Part shown: one piece after another, positions 28,703-38,134 of the stretch | Layout: each line of letters starts with the position of its first letter | Numbering within the stretch: the stretch's first letter is position 1 | NCBI GenBank assembly: GCA_965203905.1 | Contig: CBDBDQ010000005.1 | Location: 480,001-544,000, forward strand | DNA: 64,000 nt | DNA from: Spirochaetia bacterium | GTDB taxonomy: Bacteria > Spirochaetota > Spirochaetia > SZUA-6 > Bin103 | Direction of reading: 5' to 3' | Translations under genes and position numbers: made by a program | The notes under the pieces: model-generated | What the model saw: the letters and a program-made list of their open reading frames with translations, nothing else | Told to the model about the DNA's origin: nothing | Database searches by the model: none

Positions 28703-30458
28703 TCACAGCGCGGCCTATGGCCGCAACCAAAGGAAGCTGACGAGGCAGGTAGCGAACAGGTCCCGGTCGCGACTACCGGCACGAGCAAGCTGATGAGGTG
28801 AAACAGGCGTCGCTCCCGCGATATAAGGAGTAACTCCAAACCACTCCACGCAGGAGGACGCCATGGGTCCCTTTATACAGCGCCACCAGGATAACGTCAC
28901 GGGTGTACTGAGCGGCTTTGATCGGCTGGTGCTCCGAGGCACCTTACGGACGCTCTCCTATAGCGCCGGCATGATGAACTTCCTGTACGAGATCGGGGTG
29001 CTGCTGAAGGAATTCGGCGGCTACGTCGAACGTACCACCAAGCACCTGCGAACGGCCTGCTACGAGATGGCGCGACAACTCGAGCGGCCGGTGATCTACC
29101 TTCCGTCGAGCGCGCCGAGCAAGGAAGCGCTGGCGCAGCAGATCGCCACCCGCGACGTCGTCAGCGACGGCCTGATCTGTCTGTTGAGTTGCGTTGAACC
29201 GTGCCTGAGCTATGAGATTCGCCGCGACCGCGAGCAGCAGCGGTTGGTACTGGAGCCACGCCAGAGGAAGTGTCTGCATCTTTACCACTACTGGATCGAT
29301 CCGGTGTTCGGCTTCATGAGCGCGCGGTTGCAGACCTGGTTTCCGTTCGCCATCCAGATCTGCCTGAACGGGCGGGAATGGCTGGCGCGCCAGTTGGACA
29401 CCGCGGGCGTGCCGTATGAGCGGCTCGACAACTGCATCGTGCAGGTGGCGGACTGGCAGCAGGCGCAGCGGTTGCTGGAAGAGCAGGTGGAGTTTGCTTG
29501 GCCGGCGGCCCTGGGGGAGATCGCCGAGCGTATCCACCCGACCTTCGCGGAGGTCTTCGGTGACTATCCGGTGGAGTACTACTGGACGGTGTATCAGAGT
29601 GAATGGGCGACCGATGTGGTATTCCGCTCCAGCCGCGCTCTGGCAGAGTTCTATCCGCGCTTGGTGAGCGCCGGTATCAGCACCTTCGCGAGTCCCGACG
29701 TGATGCGATTTCTGGGCAAGAAGCTGCACGGCAACTTCGCTGGCGAAGTGCTCAGCGACTATCGCCGGCGCCGCGAGGGGATCCGGGTGAAACACGCGCT
29801 GGCGGCGAACTCCATCAAGATGTACGACAAGCACGGGATCAGCTTGCGGGTGGAGACCACGCTCAACGACCCGAGTCCGTTCAAGATCGTGCGCGCCGCA
29901 GAGGGTAACCCTGACGGTGCCAAGAGCCGGCGCCCGATGCGCCGTGGCATCAGCGACTTGGCGAGTCGGGCGCAACTCTCGCAGGCGGCCAACGAACGCT
30001 ACTTGCAGGCGCTCGCGAGTCTCGACGTGGAACACCCGCTGCACCACCTGATCGATCCGGTCTGTCGGCCCACGGTGTGGCAAGGCCGTCGCCACCGCGC
30101 ACTGCGACCCTGGTCGCAGGAGGATGGCCTGCTGCTGCAAACGATCAGCGGCGGCGAGTTCGCTCTCCACGGGTTGCGCAATCGCGATCTGCTGACCGCG
30201 CTGTATCCCGACGCGCTCGGGGTAGCCGCCGAACGAGCTCGTGCGGCCTCTCGGGTCACCCGCAAGCTGCGGTTGCTGCGAGCGCACCGAATAATCCGCA
30301 AAGTGGAATCATCCCATCGCTATCTGCTCACCGAAAATGGACGAGCTGTGGTGACTGCGGTCCTTCAGTATCGAACCGTTACCATGAACCAGCTACAACA
30401 GGCTGCTGCCTGAATCTTGCCAAAAAAACAAGATTCTGAGGCATCATGTCATAGAGCG
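28703..30458 (+). mobile_element. Putative IS-like element without terminal inverted repeats, single ORF
   Basis: Left hairpin gcggcc-tat-ggccgc (28710-28724); right hairpin gaatcttg-N9-caagattc (30412-30436); end motifs tcacagcgcg / tcatagagcg; flanked by degraded genes. Confidence 0.6.
28863..30413 (+). CDS. 516-aa putative Rep_trans-like (tyrosine) transposase with C-terminal winged helix
   Basis: 'GFDRLVLRG', 'QSEWATDVVF', 'SIKMYDKHGISLRVETTLNDP', wHTH 'LRNRDL..TRKLRLLRAHRIIRKV..RYLLT..G'; GGAGG RBS. Confidence 0.6.
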   Translation: MGPFIQRHQDNVTGVLSGFDRLVLRGTLRTLSYSAGMMNFLYEIGVLLKEFGGYVERTTKHLRTACYEMARQLERPVIYLPSSAPSKEALAQQIATRDVVSDGLICLLSCVEPCLSYEIRRDREQQRLVLEPRQRKCLHLYHYWIDPVFGFMSARLQTWFPFAIQICLNGREWLARQLDTAGVPYERLDNCIVQVADWQQAQRLLEEQVEFAWPAALGEIAERIHPTFAEVFGDYPVEYYWTVYQSEWATDVVFRSSRALAEFYPRLVSAGISTFASPDVMRFLGKKLHGNFAGEVLSDYRRRREGIRVKHALAANSIKMYDKHGISLRVETTLNDPSPFKIVRAAEGNPDGAKSRRPMRRGISDLASRAQLSQAANERYLQALASLDVEHPLHHLIDPVCRPTVWQGRRHRALRPWSQEDGLLLQTISGGEFALHGLRNRDLLTALYPDALGVAAERARAASRVTRKLRLLRAHRIIRKVESSHRYLLTENGRAVVTAVLQYRTVTMNQLQQAAA

Positions 30459-30477
30459 ATACATACAGTCAAGCATC

Positions 30478-30560
30478 ACACGTCCCGCCGGCAGGCACCG
30501 CGGCCGGCGAAGAACAGCCACTCCTCGGCGGCGTGCGGATGGTTGTGGCGTGGGCGGGCC
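30478..30560 (-). pseudogene. Possible cupin remnant
   Basis: 'HNHPHAAEEWLFFAGRG' with no intact ORF. Confidence 0.4.
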
Positions 30561-30773
30561 TCCGACGCGCGCCTCGTCCCACGCCTTCAGCGGCACGGTG
30601 TCTCAGTCGTCGGTGAACCATTACGCTGCCGGTCGGCACCTTGACGGCGAGGATGTCGGAGGGGCCAGCCATCCTCCAAAGTCGCGCGCTGCTCGTGCGA
30701 CCACGTGTAGCTGCCGGGGACGACCATGATCTCGCGGGGCGCTGCACACCATGGGATATGCTAAGGGATACTC

Positions 30774-32180
30774 ATGCAAGCCACCATCGCCTATCAGCCA
30801 CGGGAGATACCGATTGCCGAGCCCTACGACGTGGTGGTCTGCGGCGGCGGCCCGTCGGGCGTCGGAGCCGCGCTGGCCGCCGCGCGCAACGGGCTGAAGA
30901 CCCTGGTCGTCGAAGGGCAGGGCCAGCTCGGCGGCATGGGCACGTCGGGGCTGGTGTCGCACTGGCTCGGCGGGCGCACCAACGGGTGTCGGCACTGGGT
31001 GGTCGGCGGGATCTTCCGGGAGCTGGCGATGGAGGGGGCCGAGCGGGGCATCGCGCTGCTGCCCAGGCCGCAGCCGGGCAAGGGCTACTCGCCGTTCGGC
31101 TGGAACGCCGAGCGCGGCGGCCAGTTGACCGCCGGCGTACCGTTCGATCCCTTCGCAATGAGCGGCCTGCTGGACGAGAAGATGGCCGCGGCCGGCGTCA
31201 CCCTGCTCTACCTGGCGCGGGTGGTGGACGTATTGCAGGAGGGCGACCGCATCACCCACCTGGTGCTGCACAACAAGAGCGGCTTCAGCGCCGTGCCCGC
31301 CACCCTGGTGGTGGATGCCACCGGCGACGCCGACGTGGCGGTGCTGTCGGGCTGCGAGACCGTGATCGGGCGCAGGCAGGACCGGCTCATGACCCCGGTC
31401 ACCCTCCAGGTGCACATGGACGGGATCGATCAGGAGGCGCTGGCGGAGTACATCAACCGCAACGACTCGCCGCGCTTCCTGAGCGAGATCGAGGAGCTGC
31501 GCGGCAAGGGCGAATGGCCGTTCATCTACGAACGGTTCATCACCGTGCAGATGACCGAGCCGGGCACGATGATGGTGAACACGCCGCGCATCACCGGCAT
31601 CGACGGCACCGACGGCGCCTCGGTCACCAAGGGCATGATCCAGGGCCGGCGCGAGATCCTGCAGTTGCTGGAGGTGATGCGCAAGCACTTCCCCGGCTGC
31701 CGCAACGCGCGGCTGCGCGCGGTGGCGCCGCTGCTGGGCGTGCGCGAGACCCGCCGCATCGTCGGCGACTACCGCTTCACCGTGCAGGACGTGGTGGAGC
31801 GGCGCGCGGTTGCGGACACCATCGGCTTCACCGCCTACGGCTGGGACCTGCCGGATCCGGTCAAGCCCAGCCATCAGCCGATGACGGCGGCGGGCACCAG
31901 GCGCATCGCGGTCACCTCGATTCCCTACCGCATCCTGCTGCCGCGGCCGGTGCCCAATCTCATCTGTCCGGGCCGGGCGGTGAGCGTGGAGCGCCACGTG
32001 CTCGGTCCGCTGCGCGAACAGGCGCCGTGCATGGCCATGGGCCAGGCGGCCGGCACCGCGGCCTCCCTGGTCCCCGCCGGCGCCGGCTTCGCCGAGGTGG
32101 GCGTCCCCGCGCTGCGCCAACGCCTGCGCGACCAGGGCGCCATCGTCGACTACGACCAGGCCTGGAACGACGACTCCTGA
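30774..32180 (+). CDS. FAD-dependent oxidoreductase (FAD_oxidored type)
   Basis: 'VVVCGGGPSG', 'DATGDAD', 'GVRETRRI'. Confidence 0.92.
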   Translation: MQATIAYQPREIPIAEPYDVVVCGGGPSGVGAALAAARNGLKTLVVEGQGQLGGMGTSGLVSHWLGGRTNGCRHWVVGGIFRELAMEGAERGIALLPRPQPGKGYSPFGWNAERGGQLTAGVPFDPFAMSGLLDEKMAAAGVTLLYLARVVDVLQEGDRITHLVLHNKSGFSAVPATLVVDATGDADVAVLSGCETVIGRRQDRLMTPVTLQVHMDGIDQEALAEYINRNDSPRFLSEIEELRGKGEWPFIYERFITVQMTEPGTMMVNTPRITGIDGTDGASVTKGMIQGRREILQLLEVMRKHFPGCRNARLRAVAPLLGVRETRRIVGDYRFTVQDVVERRAVADTIGFTAYGWDLPDPVKPSHQPMTAAGTRRIAVTSIPYRILLPRPVPNLICPGRAVSVERHVLGPLREQAPCMAMGQAAGTAASLVPAGAGFAEVGVPALRQRLRDQGAIVDYDQAWNDDS

Positions 32181-33390
32181 GCGGCCTGAACCTTGACCAA
32201 CAGCACCTGTTCAGGCGGGTTGCGGGTGCCGTAGCCGCGCGCGGCCGAGGGCGGAGCGAGGTCGGCGTCCAGGCGGGTGCCGATTCGGAATCGGGCGCCT
32301 AACGGATTGGGCCGGTCCTCGACGGCGTCGACGATCAGCGGGCCGAGTGAGCCGCCGAACTTGAAGCCGTGGCCGCTGCCGCCGCCAGCGACGAAGATCC
32401 GGTCCGCGCCCGGGACGCGGTCCACCAGGAAGTGATCATCCGGTGTGGTGGTATAGAGACAGGAGCGTCCTTCGACCACAGTACCGGCGGCCAGATCCGG
32501 GAGGCGGGCACGCACGAAGGCGAGCGCTTCGGCGGCGAAATCCGCGGTACCCGCGCGGTCGATGTCCGGGTCGACGACCTCACCCAGGCGATCCTTGGCG
32601 ACCTTGACGTAGCCTTCCCGGAGCAGGGGAAAGCCGTACCAGCCCTCGCCGCCGGGATCGATCATCCAGACCGGAACGCGATCGCGCCTGAATGCCGAGG
32701 GGTCCGGCGGTGCGATCAACAGCATCTGCTGATGGGTCACCCGCACCTTGGCACCGATCGCGGGCAGCAGGCGGCCTACCCACGCCCCGGCCGACACCAC
32801 GACGCGGTCGAACACGCCGCTTCCGTCCCGGTAGCCCAGCGCTACTCCGGAGGGCCGCTCCTCAATGCTCGTCACCGGGGTCGACTGGTACAGGCGGCAG
32901 CCGCCGGCACGGGCGATGCCGGCCATGACGCCGATTGCCCGGCCGCTCTCGATGTAGCCGGCCCACGGGTCGAGGACGCATACCTCACCGTCGGCGAAGC
33001 GCAACTGGGGAAACCGCTCACCGGCTTCGCCCGCGGACAGCACCATGATCTCGGCACCGCGTTTCCGCAGGAACTGGGCACTGGCGTGCAGCGGGCCGCC
33101 CGGGTCGAACCGGGAGACGACCGTGAGGCTCCCATTCGGGTGGTAGAAACTGTCGCCCGCCAGCTCTTCCCACGCGCTCCACTGCAGCGCGGCTCGCTCC
33201 GCCAGCTCGACGTAGGTCTCGTTGTCGCTGGCGTACCAGGTGCGGCGAATCCCCTTGGCAACGTCGGTCGAGCTGGCGGGCGGATGGGGGACCTCACCCT
33301 GATCGAAGAGCGCCACGTCGTGGCCCCTCGCGCCGGCCTCGATCGCCGCCGCAAGCCCGAACACCCGGCACCGACTACCGCGATCTGCAT
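32150..33390 (-). pseudogene. Sarcosine/fructosyl-amine oxidase-like FAD oxidoreductase with a 1-nt frameshift at ~33365
   Basis: MQIAVVGAG in one frame, VFGLAAAIE in another; 'SCLYTTTPDDHF', 'GSGHGFKFG'. Confidence 0.8.
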
Positions 33391-33692
33391 GGGCGAATCA
33401 TAGCGGCCGGCCGCCGCCTCCCGCGAATCCGTTCAGCCGAGAGACGGTGTTCCAGGCTGATCGGATTCGTCACCGCTCCGTCCTTGGGGACGCCGCAGCG
33501 GACACATCGGGCACTTGGGCGCGCTTGGGCGCTTGCTGCCGGGTCGCGCCAGCCTCTACGTCGTGTTACGATCACGAGCATGATTGCCTCTCGCGGCGCT
33601 GCCGGACCTTGAGTTACAGGCCAACCGGATCGTGCAAGCACGGGGCTCACAGGACAGGTAGCGTTTCCCAGATCACGCGACCGGCAGGAGAC

Positions 33693-34006
33693 ATACGGTT
33701 TGGACACATCGGCGAGATCGAGAAACCGCTCTGGTCCAGCGCGGACAACCTGCGGGCCAACTCCCCTTCGCCAGCAACGAGTACTTCCTTCCCGTGATGG
33801 GGCTGATCTTCCTGCGCCACGCCTACAGCCGCTTCCTCAGGGTCAAGGCTGAGATCGAGCCCTCGCTGCCGACGCGCGGCGGCAGGTCACGCGCACTCAC
33901 CAAGGAGGACTTCTCCCGGAAAAGCGCGATCTTCCTGCATCCCGAAGCGCAGTTCGACCATCTCGTCTCCCTGTCTGACGGCGCCGATCGCGCGCAGGTC
34001 CTGTGA
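33693..34006 (+). pseudogene. hsdM: Type I R-M HsdM N-terminal remnant (start decayed, frameshifted, truncated)
   Basis: 'IEKPLWSSADNLRANS' / 'FASNEYFLPVMGLIFLRHAYSRF'. Confidence 0.8.
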
Positions 34007-35100
34007 CGGAACGTAAGTCCATGGGGCGCCGTCGCGCGGGCGCTTCGATCCCTGCGCCAGTGGGAAAGGGAGAGTTGCCCGCTGACTATGCCGCCCTGCT
34101 CGGTGAGATCAAGGACCCCATCCGCAGTGAACGCGTGCGTGTCGTGTTGGCTGCCAACCAGGCGATGGTGCTGCTCTACTGGGACATCGGCAAGGCGATT
34201 CTCGCCCGCCAGGAGCGGGAAGCCTGGGGCGCCGGGACCATCGACCGACTTTCGCACGACCTCCGCGAGGCGTTCCCGGACATGCGGGGATTCTCGCCCC
34301 GCAACCTCAAGTACATGCGCGCCTTCGCCGCTGCGTGGCCCGAACGCGAATTTGTGCAGCAGGCTGCTGCACAAATTCCGTGGTTCCATAACTGCGTTCT
34401 CCTGGACAAGGTGTCGGATCGCCGGACCCGACTGTGGTACGCGACCAAGACTCGACAGGAGGGTTGGAGCCGGAGCGTGCTCGCGATTCAGATCGAGAAC
34501 CGGCTGCACGAGCGCCAGGGCAGCGCCGTCACCAACTTCCCGCGGACGCCGCCGCCGTCCGACTCCGATCTGGCCACGCAGGCGTTCAAGGACCCGTACC
34601 TGTTCGACTTCCTCGGCACCGCCGAGCCGCGCACGGAACGGGAGCTCGAACAGGGGCTCGTGGACCACATCCAGCGCTTCCTGCTGGAGATGGGAGCTGG
34701 ATTCGCCTTCGTCGGCCGGCAGGTGCTCCTGGAGGTCGGCAACAGCGACTCTCACGTGGACCTGCTCTTCTACCACCTCCAACTCCGTCGCTTCGTCGTC
34801 GTGGAGCTCAAGGCGGTCCCGTTCAGCCCCGCCTTCGTCGGCCAGATGAACCTGTACCTCTCCGCCGTGGACGACCTGATGCGCCACCCCGACGACGCGC
34901 CCACCATCGGCCTGCTGCTCTGCAAGGGCAAGGACCGGATGGTCGTGGAGTACGCCTTGCGTGACCTCGCCAAGCCCCTGGGCGTCGCGGACTGGGAGAC
35001 CCGCCTGGTCGAGGTCCTGCCGGACGACCTCAAAGGCAGCCTGCCGACCATCGAAGAGATCGAAGCGGAGTTGCACGGAACCGACGAGGACGAAGGATGA
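34003..35100 (+). CDS. YhcG/DUF1016 PD-(D/E)XK nuclease
   Basis: 'YWDIG', 'GFSPRNLKYMRAF', 'KDPYLFDFL', 'DLLFYH..VVVELK'. Confidence 0.93.
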   Translation: MTERKSMGRRRAGASIPAPVGKGELPADYAALLGEIKDPIRSERVRVVLAANQAMVLLYWDIGKAILARQEREAWGAGTIDRLSHDLREAFPDMRGFSPRNLKYMRAFAAAWPEREFVQQAAAQIPWFHNCVLLDKVSDRRTRLWYATKTRQEGWSRSVLAIQIENRLHERQGSAVTNFPRTPPPSDSDLATQAFKDPYLFDFLGTAEPRTERELEQGLVDHIQRFLLEMGAGFAFVGRQVLLEVGNSDSHVDLLFYHLQLRRFVVVELKAVPFSPAFVGQMNLYLSAVDDLMRHPDDAPTIGLLLCKGKDRMVVEYALRDLAKPLGVADWETRLVEVLPDDLKGSLPTIEEIEAELHGTDEDEG

Positions 35101-35170
35101 CGTCCGTACGGGCGCTGGCGGCGCGCTGAATATTTTGCCGGCGCCGGCGCACCGGGGTAGCTTGAAAGCC

Positions 35171-36364
35171 GTGAGCGAACCACCGCTACGGGTATTCCAA
35201 CCCGGCACGGGAGCCGCTCCGCCGGCGCTTACGGGACGAGAGCCGGAACAGGCGGTCATGGCCCGTTGCCTGGCGGACTTGGCCGGCGGCAGGTCGCCGC
35301 CCCGCGACGTCGCGCTGATGGGGCCGCGCGGGAATGGCAAGACGGTGTTGCTCAACTGGTTCGAGGGACGCTGCCGCCGTGCCGGCAAGGTGGACGTAGC
35401 GCGGCTGTCCCCCAGCCGAATACGGACCGAGCAGGCCCTGGTCGACGCGTTGCTGCCGGCGACCGGCATCAAGCGAATCCTGCCCCGGAAGCTTGGCATC
35501 GCGGGCGTCGGCGAGGCCGAATGGGCGGTGTCATCCCCGTCAGCGCAGAACCTGACAGCGCGACTGGCCGCTCGCTGCCGCAAGAGGCCGCTGGTCGTCC
35601 TGCTCGACGAAGCCCATGTGCTGGAGCGTGACGTCGGCCAACTGCTGCTGAACGTCAGCCAGGAGGTCCGAGCGAACGCGCCGTTCCTGTTGGTGCTGGC
35701 GGGCACGCCGGGCCTCCTGGCGCAACTCAGCGCCATGGACGCATCCTTCTGGAGCCGCCTGGGTGAAGGGCGCCTGGGCATCGGCTTGCTGAGCGACGCG
35801 GCCACCCGCGCCGCGCTGGTCGAGCCGCTCGCGGCCCACGGCGTGAGCATCGACGTGAACGTCCTCGATGCGGTGGTCGAAGACAGCCAGCGCTACCCGT
35901 ACTTCGTCCAGCTCTGGGGCGAGGCGCTGTGGAAGCGGCGCCTGACCACTGGCGCGACGCGGCTCACCGCCGCTCACGCGCAGGAGGCGCAGTGCGACGT
36001 CACCGCCCGGGTAACCGACTACTACCAGGATCGGTACCTCGAGCTGGATCAGTCGGGTTGGCTGGCTGTCGGCGAGCAGGTGGCGACGCGGCTTCGAACC
36101 ATGCCGACGTTGACCTACGCCGAGTTGAAGTCCGCCATCGAGGATGGCCTCACCGCAACGCCGGACCCCAAGTCCGTGCCGGCTGCCCTGGCCGCGTTGC
36201 AGCGCCTGGGCTTCGTCTGGTGCCCACCCGGGCAGCAACCGCCCGTTCAGTACGAGCCAGGCATCCCTTCGCTGATGGCCTACGTGCTGGACTGCGCACA
36301 GCCCCCGCGCCAGCGCCGGGAGCCTGACCAGGCGAACGAAGATCCCGGGCAGTCATCGGCGTGA
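35171..36364 (+). CDS. AAA_16-type P-loop ATPase with helical/wHTH C-terminus
   Basis: 'PPALTGRE', 'GPRGNGKT', 'LLDEAH', 'YPYFVQLWG'. Confidence 0.85.
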   Translation: MSEPPLRVFQPGTGAAPPALTGREPEQAVMARCLADLAGGRSPPRDVALMGPRGNGKTVLLNWFEGRCRRAGKVDVARLSPSRIRTEQALVDALLPATGIKRILPRKLGIAGVGEAEWAVSSPSAQNLTARLAARCRKRPLVVLLDEAHVLERDVGQLLLNVSQEVRANAPFLLVLAGTPGLLAQLSAMDASFWSRLGEGRLGIGLLSDAATRAALVEPLAAHGVSIDVNVLDAVVEDSQRYPYFVQLWGEALWKRRLTTGATRLTAAHAQEAQCDVTARVTDYYQDRYLELDQSGWLAVGEQVATRLRTMPTLTYAELKSAIEDGLTATPDPKSVPAALAALQRLGFVWCPPGQQPPVQYEPGIPSLMAYVLDCAQPPRQRREPDQANEDPGQSSA

Positions 36365-36464
36365 ACGCGCGGGGGCGGCCGCGGCCGCCAGTCCCCGCCC
36401 GGCGCCTCGCGCGCCCCAGGATCACGCCGCGGACGGGTTCGCCTGACCTGTTCCGGCCGGCCCA

Positions 36465-36507
36465 CGGGCGGTGCGGCGGCCACCACAGACCGGCCGCCGC
36501 CCGCCCG
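36465..36507. terminator. GC-rich inverted repeat between convergent genes
   Basis: cgggcggtgcggcggcc-N10-ggccgccgcccgcccg. Confidence 0.5.
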
Positions 36508-36522
36508 TTGGCGACTACTTGA

Positions 36523-38079
36523 TCAGTTGATCAGTCCGAAGTTGCGGAACTGGGCCTCGGCCTCGTCGAGGAGCTGTTGGCCGCCGGCGGCCAGCCAGCG
36601 CTCGCGGAAGCCGTCGTAGTCCGAGGTCTCGCCGGTGGCGTAGCGGAAGTCGAACTCGGCCTGCATCACCGCCAGCTCTTCCACCAGCGTCGGATCCAGC
36701 GTCAGCAGCAGGTCGTAGCGCGGATAGGTGGGCAGCCGCAGCGCCGCCTTGTTCATCTCCAGCTCGGCCAGCGTGGCACCCTCCAGCTCGTCGCCGGAGC
36801 CCTCGATCAGCTTGTCGCCGCGGCTGGCGATCGAGTAGCCCCAGTCGTACAGCCCCAGGTTGCAGCCGTCGCAGTAGCCGCGCTTGTTGACGCCCACCTC
36901 GCCCTGCACATTCATGAACTTCCAGCCGTCGCCGGCGTCCTTGACTACGAAGCCGTCGATCTCCACGCCCCAGCGCAGCCTCCAGAAGCCGTCATTGGGA
37001 TACGCCGTGTCTTCGATGATCCTGAGGATGCGCCCCATCTTCACCGCATCGCTCTCCGCCTCGGCGCTCACCGTGCGGGAAATGCCCCACAGCGAACCCT
37101 CGGGGATCGTGCCGCCGCGCTCCCCGCCCATCGGCGTGGCCATGGTCTGCCACCAGCCGATCGTCTTGCCGGTGTTGCCGGTGCCGTTTTCCGACTCGTT
37201 GGCGAGCACGCCCGGATACCAGGCGAAGCCATACCGACCGGCGAACAGCGCCGGCTTGCGGTCGTTCCAGGAGATCGTGTACCAGTCGGGATCGATCAGC
37301 TTCTCGCTCACCGCCGTGCGCAGGAAATCGAGGAACTCCTTCCACTCACCGTTGACGATCGGATGGGTTACCGCATTGTCCGCGATCCCGAACGTCTGCT
37401 CCTCGGCCCACATCTGCACCAGGTTCCGGATCTCGCCCACGCCCGACTTGTTGCCCGCGGACGTGAACGCGTAGGTGTCGTCCTTGCCGTTGCCGTCGGG
37501 GTCGTCGAAGGTGAACCGGCGCGCCACCTCCAGCAGCTCCTCGGGCGTGGTCGGCACCTCCAGGCCCAGGTTCGCCAGCCAGTCGGTGCGCACCTTCCAC
37601 GCCCAGATGGCGGGGTTGGGCGGGCTCGCGAGCAGCGCCAGCTTGCCGTCGAAGGTGAGCGCGGTCTTGGCCAGGTCGGCCATTTCGCGCAGCACGGTCG
37701 GCACCTCGCCGGCGTAGGCGTTCCAGTCCTCCACCAGCACGCCCTCGCGCCACAGGTTGACCATCAGGTCCTTGTTGTAGTGGCTGATGATGTCCGGCAC
37801 GTCGTCGGAAGCGAATCGCACCAGCACCTGGGACGGGAACTCGCGCGTATTGTTGAGCGTGAATTCCACGTTGTAGGTCTCGTTCAGCCACTTCTGGTAG
37901 GGGTCGTCCTCGCCCCTCGGCGTGCCCACCCAGGCGCCCTGCATCAGCTCGATGGCGACCGTCCGGTCGGGATCTTCGGCGGCCGCGGCATCGGCCTCTC
38001 CCGACGCTCCGACCGTCAGCGGCACCAGCAGCGACAGCGACAGCAACGCCGCCGTCCACAGTGTTGTCTTGGGAACCAT
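36523..38079 (-). CDS. Carbohydrate ABC solute-binding protein
   Basis: Signal peptide, 'VRTDWLANLGL', 'DDPDGNGKDDT'; GAGG RBS. Confidence 0.9.
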   Translation of the reverse strand: MVPKTTLWTAALLSLSLLVPLTVGASGEADAAAAEDPDRTVAIELMQGAWVGTPRGEDDPYQKWLNETYNVEFTLNNTREFPSQVLVRFASDDVPDIISHYNKDLMVNLWREGVLVEDWNAYAGEVPTVLREMADLAKTALTFDGKLALLASPPNPAIWAWKVRTDWLANLGLEVPTTPEELLEVARRFTFDDPDGNGKDDTYAFTSAGNKSGVGEIRNLVQMWAEEQTFGIADNAVTHPIVNGEWKEFLDFLRTAVSEKLIDPDWYTISWNDRKPALFAGRYGFAWYPGVLANESENGTGNTGKTIGWWQTMATPMGGERGGTIPEGSLWGISRTVSAEAESDAVKMGRILRIIEDTAYPNDGFWRLRWGVEIDGFVVKDAGDGWKFMNVQGEVGVNKRGYCDGCNLGLYDWGYSIASRGDKLIEGSGDELEGATLAELEMNKAALRLPTYPRYDLLLTLDPTLVEELAVMQAEFDFRYATGETSDYDGFRERWLAAGGQQLLDEAEAQFRNFGLIN

Positions 38080-38134
38080 TCGTTACCTCCTCATGGTTCA
38101 CGATTCGGCCGCGGCACCGTGCCGCGAGCCTGAG

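Noticed and set aside
28787-28816. Hammerhead ribozyme (ctgatga-ggt-gaaac-aggc-gtc)
   Set aside because: Core words are in the right order, but only 3 nt are available for stem II and stem I does not pair in register; kept only as part of the structured-leader finding.
28863-30413. MarR-type regulator
   Set aside because: The winged helix covers only the last ~90 of 516 aa; the rest looks catalytic.
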